64,000 nucleotides of DNA, taken from contig CAZTIW010000019.1 of assembly GCA_964613915.1 (NCBI GenBank), forward strand, positions 8,240 to 72,239, read 5' to 3'. Positions 59,863-64,000 of the stretch are shown in pieces. Source of the stretch: an uncultured Thermoanaerobaculia bacterium (GTDB lineage Bacteria; Acidobacteriota; JBCCFW01). The notes beneath the pieces are model-generated. The model did not search any database, was not told the DNA's origin, and saw only the letters and a program-made list of their open reading frames with translations. How positions within the stretch are numbered: the stretch's first letter is position 1; each line of letters opens with the position of its first letter. Position numbers and translations under genes: made by a program.

Positions 59863-60677
59863 TGCCCGCGCCGAGCGAGACCTACACGCCTGTCGACCCG
59901 GGCGATCTCTGCCTGGGCAGCGGCCTGACGGAGACGACGGAGCAGGTCCTGCGCAAGAACGCCGTGCACGTGCGCGAGGCCGGCTACGACCCGGCCGCGC
60001 ACTCGCCGGCAGGGCCGCACGATCACGACGGCGTCGGCTCGGCGTTCATCCTCTGCCCGGACATGCCCAACCTCGTGCTGGACTGCCAGCCCAGCACCGA
60101 GGGCAACGACTCGCTCAACGAGTGGGATCGCACGGGCGTGCGGGTCGGTGGCGGAGGCCAGAACAACCGCGGCCTCTACTTCTCGGCCACGGGCCAGTAC
60201 GCGACGCACGTGCTCGGCGATCGCGCGCGCAGCAAGTACATGACGGGCGCCGGCGCCGACCTGGTGCTGGCCGTGCTGGCGCGATCGCGCGCGCCGATGG
60301 CGAACCTGACGCTGAACTTCGGGATCACGGACGGGCACACGTCGACGTTCAAGACCGGCACGAAGGCCTCGGTGAGCCAGGCGCAGGTGGGCATCGGCCG
60401 CTACCGCCGGGCGTACTCGCTGCTGGCGCGGTACAGCGCGACGGCTCACTCGTCGGACTTCCGGATCGGGATCTCGACGACGGGGACGTTCAGCAGCGGG
60501 GGAGAGGTCGACGTGACCTGCATCCTCGTCAAGCCCTGCACGATCCTCCCGTGGTTCGAGCCCTCGCTCCTGACCAGGCGGCAGCACAACTGGGAGCTCA
60601 TCGGCGTCGGCGAGGTGGAGGTGTTCGACGAGGAGATCAACTTCCACACGGCCCTCGGGCCGCTGGCGACGGTGTAG
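59862..60677 (+). CDS. Tail-associated protein, paralog 2 of 3
   Basis: TGATG overlap with paralog 1. Motifs VHVREAGYD, PHDHDG, MPNLVLD. Confidence 0.5.
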   Translation: MPAPSETYTPVDPGDLCLGSGLTETTEQVLRKNAVHVREAGYDPAAHSPAGPHDHDGVGSAFILCPDMPNLVLDCQPSTEGNDSLNEWDRTGVRVGGGGQNNRGLYFSATGQYATHVLGDRARSKYMTGAGADLVLAVLARSRAPMANLTLNFGITDGHTSTFKTGTKASVSQAQVGIGRYRRAYSLLARYSATAHSSDFRIGISTTGTFSSGGEVDVTCILVKPCTILPWFEPSLLTRRQHNWELIGVGEVEVFDEEINFHTALGPLATV

Positions 60678-60680
60678 GCC

Positions 60681-61529
60681 ATGGCCGAGAAGGTCGCTCC
60701 GAGTGCTCCGTTCACGCCGATCGCCGACTCCTACGTCACCGCGGGGGCACCGATCACCGATCGCCTGCGCACGGCGCTCGCGGACAACCTCGACCACGAC
60801 AGGCAGGTGCTGCTCGACCCGGACGTGCACGTGGCCGCGAAGGCTCACGCGCACCGCGGCGACGAGAGCGCGCACCTGGCGGCCATGCCGTCGACGCCGA
60901 ACCTCATCACGGAGGGCCTCATCTACCCGATGGCCGCCAACCCGCTCTCGGGAGGCGGCACGCGGTGGGTCCTGCACGGCGTCACCATCGACGACGAGGG
61001 CCTGCGCTTCACCGGCGCGAATCAGTGGGCCACGCACGCCCTCGTCGACTCCGACCGGCCTCCGCACTCGCGCACGATCTTCGGGGCCGGGTGCGACCTG
61101 GTGGCGAGCTGCTACCTGCGCGCCTCGGCGGCCCTGACCGCGGGCCAGATGGCGATCGGACTGACGGACGGAGGCAAGGATCGCGACGACGACGCGAAGG
61201 CCTTCGTGCCCGGCACGCGCGTGCTGATCCCGTACACGGTGATCGGCACGGGGTGGGTCCGCGTCTGGGCCGTCATCCCGAGGGTCGGGGGAAGGTTCGA
61301 GAACGCCGTGCGCGCCGTCGTGCAGTGCGAGCAGTCGCCCGCCGGCGGCAGCATCGCCGTCAACCTGGTCGACGTCCGGCCGGGCCGGATGCTCGACTTC
61401 TACACCCACGGCTACCACACGGACCCGTACCTGAACTGGACGAACTTCGGCTGGACGCAGGGCCCGCCGCCCTTCGACCAGGCGATCGCGTTCGACGACG
61501 CGATCGAGCTCGCGCCGACAGAGGACTGA
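60681..61529 (+). CDS. Tail-associated protein, paralog 3 of 3
   Basis: Motifs VHVAAKAHAHRGDESAH, TPNLITEGL. Similar length and C-terminal hydrophobic pattern to the other two. Confidence 0.45.
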   Translation: MAEKVAPSAPFTPIADSYVTAGAPITDRLRTALADNLDHDRQVLLDPDVHVAAKAHAHRGDESAHLAAMPSTPNLITEGLIYPMAANPLSGGGTRWVLHGVTIDDEGLRFTGANQWATHALVDSDRPPHSRTIFGAGCDLVASCYLRASAALTAGQMAIGLTDGGKDRDDDAKAFVPGTRVLIPYTVIGTGWVRVWAVIPRVGGRFENAVRAVVQCEQSPAGGSIAVNLVDVRPGRMLDFYTHGYHTDPYLNWTNFGWTQGPPPFDQAIAFDDAIELAPTED

Positions 61530-61531
61530 CG

Positions 61532-61906
61532 ATGCCCAAGCAGTACGTCGCGCCGCTGGACTCCCTCGACCTGACGGTCAGCAACGACACGACCGAGCCG
61601 ATCGAGATCGGCCGCTGGGATCTCATCCGGTTCCAGCCGCGCGCCGCCACCGGCACCTGGGGCGCCGGCGAGGTCGTCGCCGAGTTCAGCCTCGACGGCT
61701 CGGCCTGGGCGAACCTGCCCGATCTCGGCGAGGTCCTCTTCACGGCCGCGGCGATGACGAAGGCCTTCCACGTGCCGGCGGTGAAGCGCATGCGCTTCCG
61801 GGTCAAGACGACGCAGGCCGGCGCCTGCACCGTCGAGGTTCCGTGCGTCGTGGACACCACGCGGCTCGAGGAGATCGTCCAGGTCTCGAGCGGCGGCTTC
61901 TCGTGA
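61532..61906 (+). CDS. Hypothetical phage tail-region protein (124 aa)
   Basis: Same-strand ORF between the paralogs and the fiber gene. Confidence 0.4.
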   Translation: MPKQYVAPLDSLDLTVSNDTTEPIEIGRWDLIRFQPRAATGTWGAGEVVAEFSLDGSAWANLPDLGEVLFTAAAMTKAFHVPAVKRMRFRVKTTQAGACTVEVPCVVDTTRLEEIVQVSSGGFS

Positions 61907-62685
61907 GCACGGTCCACGGCGGCCAGGTCGCGGACGGGACGCTCCCGCTCGGCAAGCTCGAGGCGACGAACGTCCCCAGCGCGGGACAGGTCCCAGCCGC
62001 GGCCGCGGACGGCCGGAGCGTCACCTGGACGACGCCGAGCTCCGGGAGCATTCCCGCCGGCGTCATCGTCATGTGGTCCGGCACGCTGGCGTCCATCCCG
62101 TCCGGATGGGCGCTCTGCGACGGATCGGGCGGGACGCCCGACCTGCGCTCCCGATTCATCAAGGGCGCGGCCGCCGGAGCGGATCCGGGGGCGACCGGCG
62201 GCGCGGCGACGCACTCGCACGGCGCGGGGTCGCTGGCGGATGCCGTGGCCTCTGCGGGCACGCCCGCAGGCACGGTGTCCGCCCCGGTCTTCACCGGAAG
62301 CGCCCTGTCCGGTCACTCGCATGGCGTCGGCAGCCTCGCCGACACGGCCGTCTCGGCCGGCACGCCGGCAGGCACGGTCGGAGCCATCGCGGCGACGGCG
62401 ACGGCAGCCATCGTGTCGAGCGTTGCCGGGTCGGGCAACAACCTGGCCAACAACTCCCACACCCACCCGGCTCCGACGTTCACGGGGAGCGCGCTGGCAA
62501 GCCACTCGCACGGCCTGACGGGCAGCACGGAGTCCGTGTCCGCCGGCACGCCAGCCGGCACGAACTCAGCGCCGACCTTCACGGGCTCCGCCCTCGCGAC
62601 GCACCAGCACGGCATCTCCGGATCGACCGCTGCGGCCTCGAGCGAGCCCGAGTACTACGCGCTCGCGTTCATCATGAAGACCTGA
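61903..62685 (+). CDS. Phage tail fiber protein with a tail-collar domain and Gly/Thr-rich HxH repeats
   Basis: Collar-domain signature GVIVMWSGTLASIPSGWALCDGSGGTPDLRSRFIKG. Repeated SAGTPAGT...HSHG units. GTGA overlap with the upstream gene. Confidence 0.65.
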   Translation: MSTVHGGQVADGTLPLGKLEATNVPSAGQVPAAAADGRSVTWTTPSSGSIPAGVIVMWSGTLASIPSGWALCDGSGGTPDLRSRFIKGAAAGADPGATGGAATHSHGAGSLADAVASAGTPAGTVSAPVFTGSALSGHSHGVGSLADTAVSAGTPAGTVGAIAATATAAIVSSVAGSGNNLANNSHTHPAPTFTGSALASHSHGLTGSTESVSAGTPAGTNSAPTFTGSALATHQHGISGSTAAASSEPEYYALAFIMKT

Positions 62686-62911
62686 CGGACCACCCTATGG
62701 GGACCCGCCGCGCGCCCGGAAAGCCTCTCCATGCGGCGGATCGCCGCCCTGGAGGCGGTTTCCGTGAACGCTGGCCGCGGCGCCGATTACTCTTTGCCTT
62801 GCCGGCACGGGTCGCCGGCAGGCCGCACGCGCGGGTGCTGCCTGCCGGTGCCCCACCTCACCGCGCGAGGCGCTGGCTCGGTGGAAGGAATCCATCCTCC
62901 CGGAGGCGCGC

Positions 62912-63385
62912 GTGAAGGCGTTCGTCGGCAAGGTCGTCGAGGCGTACACGAGGTTCAGCCTCGGTCAGATGATCGCGACCGCGGTCATCGTGGGAGCGCT
63001 CGCCGGCGGAGTGCCGATGTCCCTTCTGGCCTGGGCGGCCGTCTCCACCAGGCAGAAGACCGCCAGCACGAACGAGAGCGTCACGACCTTCCAGCACTCC
63101 CTGGACACCCAGCTCAAGACGATGAAGGAGTCGCTCGAGGCACGCCTCGTCCCGATGGCCGCCGATGTCGCCGCCATGCGGACGCAGCTGGGCCTGGTCA
63201 GCGAGAGGACCGCGGGGCTCGAGGCTCGCCTGCTGGCCCTGGAGGCCCAGCGCGACCGCCTCGTCTCCGCGGACGGCTTTCGCTCCGAGGTGAGGCGGCT
63301 CGACGACCGCATCGACGACACGCGCACCGAGCTGACGACGCGGCGCCGCGCGCGCGAGCGGCAGGAAGCGGGCGAGGCGCCGTGA
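62912..63385 (+). CDS. Holin-like membrane protein with a C-terminal coiled coil
   Basis: GTG start with GGAGG 7 nt upstream. One or two transmembrane segments (IATAVIVGALAGGVPMSLLAWAAV), then a charged coiled-coil tail. Sits immediately upstream of the endolysin. Confidence 0.4.
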   Translation: MKAFVGKVVEAYTRFSLGQMIATAVIVGALAGGVPMSLLAWAAVSTRQKTASTNESVTTFQHSLDTQLKTMKESLEARLVPMAADVAAMRTQLGLVSERTAGLEARLLALEAQRDRLVSADGFRSEVRRLDDRIDDTRTELTTRRRARERQEAGEAP

Positions 63386-63936
63386 GCGACTTCACGAAAG
63401 CCCTCCGCCGCACGCTCGGCCACGAGGGCGGCGTCAGCAACCACCGCAGCGATCGCGGCGGCTTCACGGTCCTGGGCATCACCAGGCGCGACCATCCGGA
63501 CTGGCGCGGCTGGCCCATCCTCGAGGCCAGGGGCGCCGACGCTCCGGAGCTCCGCGCCGCGGCGGCCGAGCTCTACAAGGCCCGCTACTGGGACAGGTTC
63601 GATGGCGACAGCCTCGCGTCGCAGCCGGTGGCCGAGAAGCTCTTCGACGTCGCCGTGAACATGGGTGTCGGCCGCGCCGTGACGATCCTGCAGCAGGCCC
63701 TGAACGCCCTGAACCGCAACGGGCGGTCCTGGCCGGATGTCGCCGAGGACGGCGACATGGGCCCGCGCACGCGCGAGGCCCTCGCTGCCTGCCTGGCGCG
63801 CCAGGACGAGAGGCATCTGCTCCGCGTCATGAACGTGCTGCAGGGTTCGTACTACCTCGCGATCGCCAAGCGCGATTCGAGCCAGGAGGAGTTCATCCGC
63901 GGGTGGTTCGCCCGCGTGTTCGACATCGCGGTCTAG
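63382..63936 (+). CDS. Endolysin, glycoside hydrolase family 108 lysozyme-like with a peptidoglycan-binding domain
   Basis: GH108 N-terminal motif (HEGGVSNHRSDRGGFTVLGIT). C-terminal PG_binding_3-like region. GTGA overlap with the holin-like gene. Confidence 0.75.
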   Translation: MSDFTKALRRTLGHEGGVSNHRSDRGGFTVLGITRRDHPDWRGWPILEARGADAPELRAAAAELYKARYWDRFDGDSLASQPVAEKLFDVAVNMGVGRAVTILQQALNALNRNGRSWPDVAEDGDMGPRTREALAACLARQDERHLLRVMNVLQGSYYLAIAKRDSSQEEFIRGWFARVFDIAV

Positions 63937-64000
63937 AGCCGCGCCCAGCCTCCGCGCACCGCACCGGAGCACGCCACCGCGACGGCGGGCTCCTCACGCG

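Larger units (their letters stand above)
40410..64000 (+). mobile_element. Prophage or phage-derived late-gene region adjacent to tRNA-Arg, extending beyond the window end. No integrase or lysogeny module is present in the window.
   Basis: Contiguous same-strand morphogenesis genes (terS, terL, portal, protease, capsid, tail, TMP, fibers, holin, endolysin) immediately 3' of a tRNA. Confidence 0.6.

Overview
High-GC (about 70%) bacterial chromosomal window, compositionally like Myxococcota or another high-GC Gram-negative lineage. It splits into three blocks.

(1) 1-6.9 kb: a 5'-truncated ATP-grasp (D-Ala-D-Ala-ligase-like) gene, then a giant (about 1557 aa) secreted HYR-repeat surface protein on the minus strand, translationally coupled to a small upstream secreted protein.

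(2) 7.2-37.7 kb: a large aerobic-respiration supercluster.
- A complete Alternative Complex III operon actABCDEF, with ATGA/TGATG overlaps between every gene pair.
- A type-1 copper (cupredoxin) gene and two c-type cytochrome genes.
- A minus-strand operon running heme-copper oxidase subunit II, subunit I, then a radical-SAM/SPASM-like enzyme, a cytosolic WD40/PQQ-like beta-propeller and a classical AAA+ ATPase. This is the most unusual candidate system in the window.
- A divergent PAS/Cys4 sensor, SCO1, DUF420, ctaA and ctaB.
- An ABC-2 exporter plus a Cys-less SCO/TlpA-like protein.
- A triple-FKBP lipoprotein, lnt and an FAD oxidoreductase.
- Outside the operons: TerC with a coupled PGPGW mini-gene, a DUF4097 protein and an FHA-GGDEF cyclase.

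(3) 40.3 kb to the window end: tRNA-Arg(ACG) with a near-consensus sigma70 promoter, followed directly by a prophage late region that runs off the window.
- Small and large terminase subunits.
- A portal fused to a Mu gpF-like domain.
- Mu gpI-like protease/scaffold and a Mu gpT-like major capsid.
- A siphovirus-style tail: major tail protein, chaperone pair, 920-aa tape measure, distal tail and tail-tip proteins.
- Three tandem paralogous tail proteins, a collar-domain tail fiber, a holin-like protein and a GH108 endolysin.

No integrase, transposase, CRISPR array or rRNA was seen. Most long reverse-strand or alternate-frame ORFs in the track are Arg/Gly/Pro-rich artefacts of the GC content.
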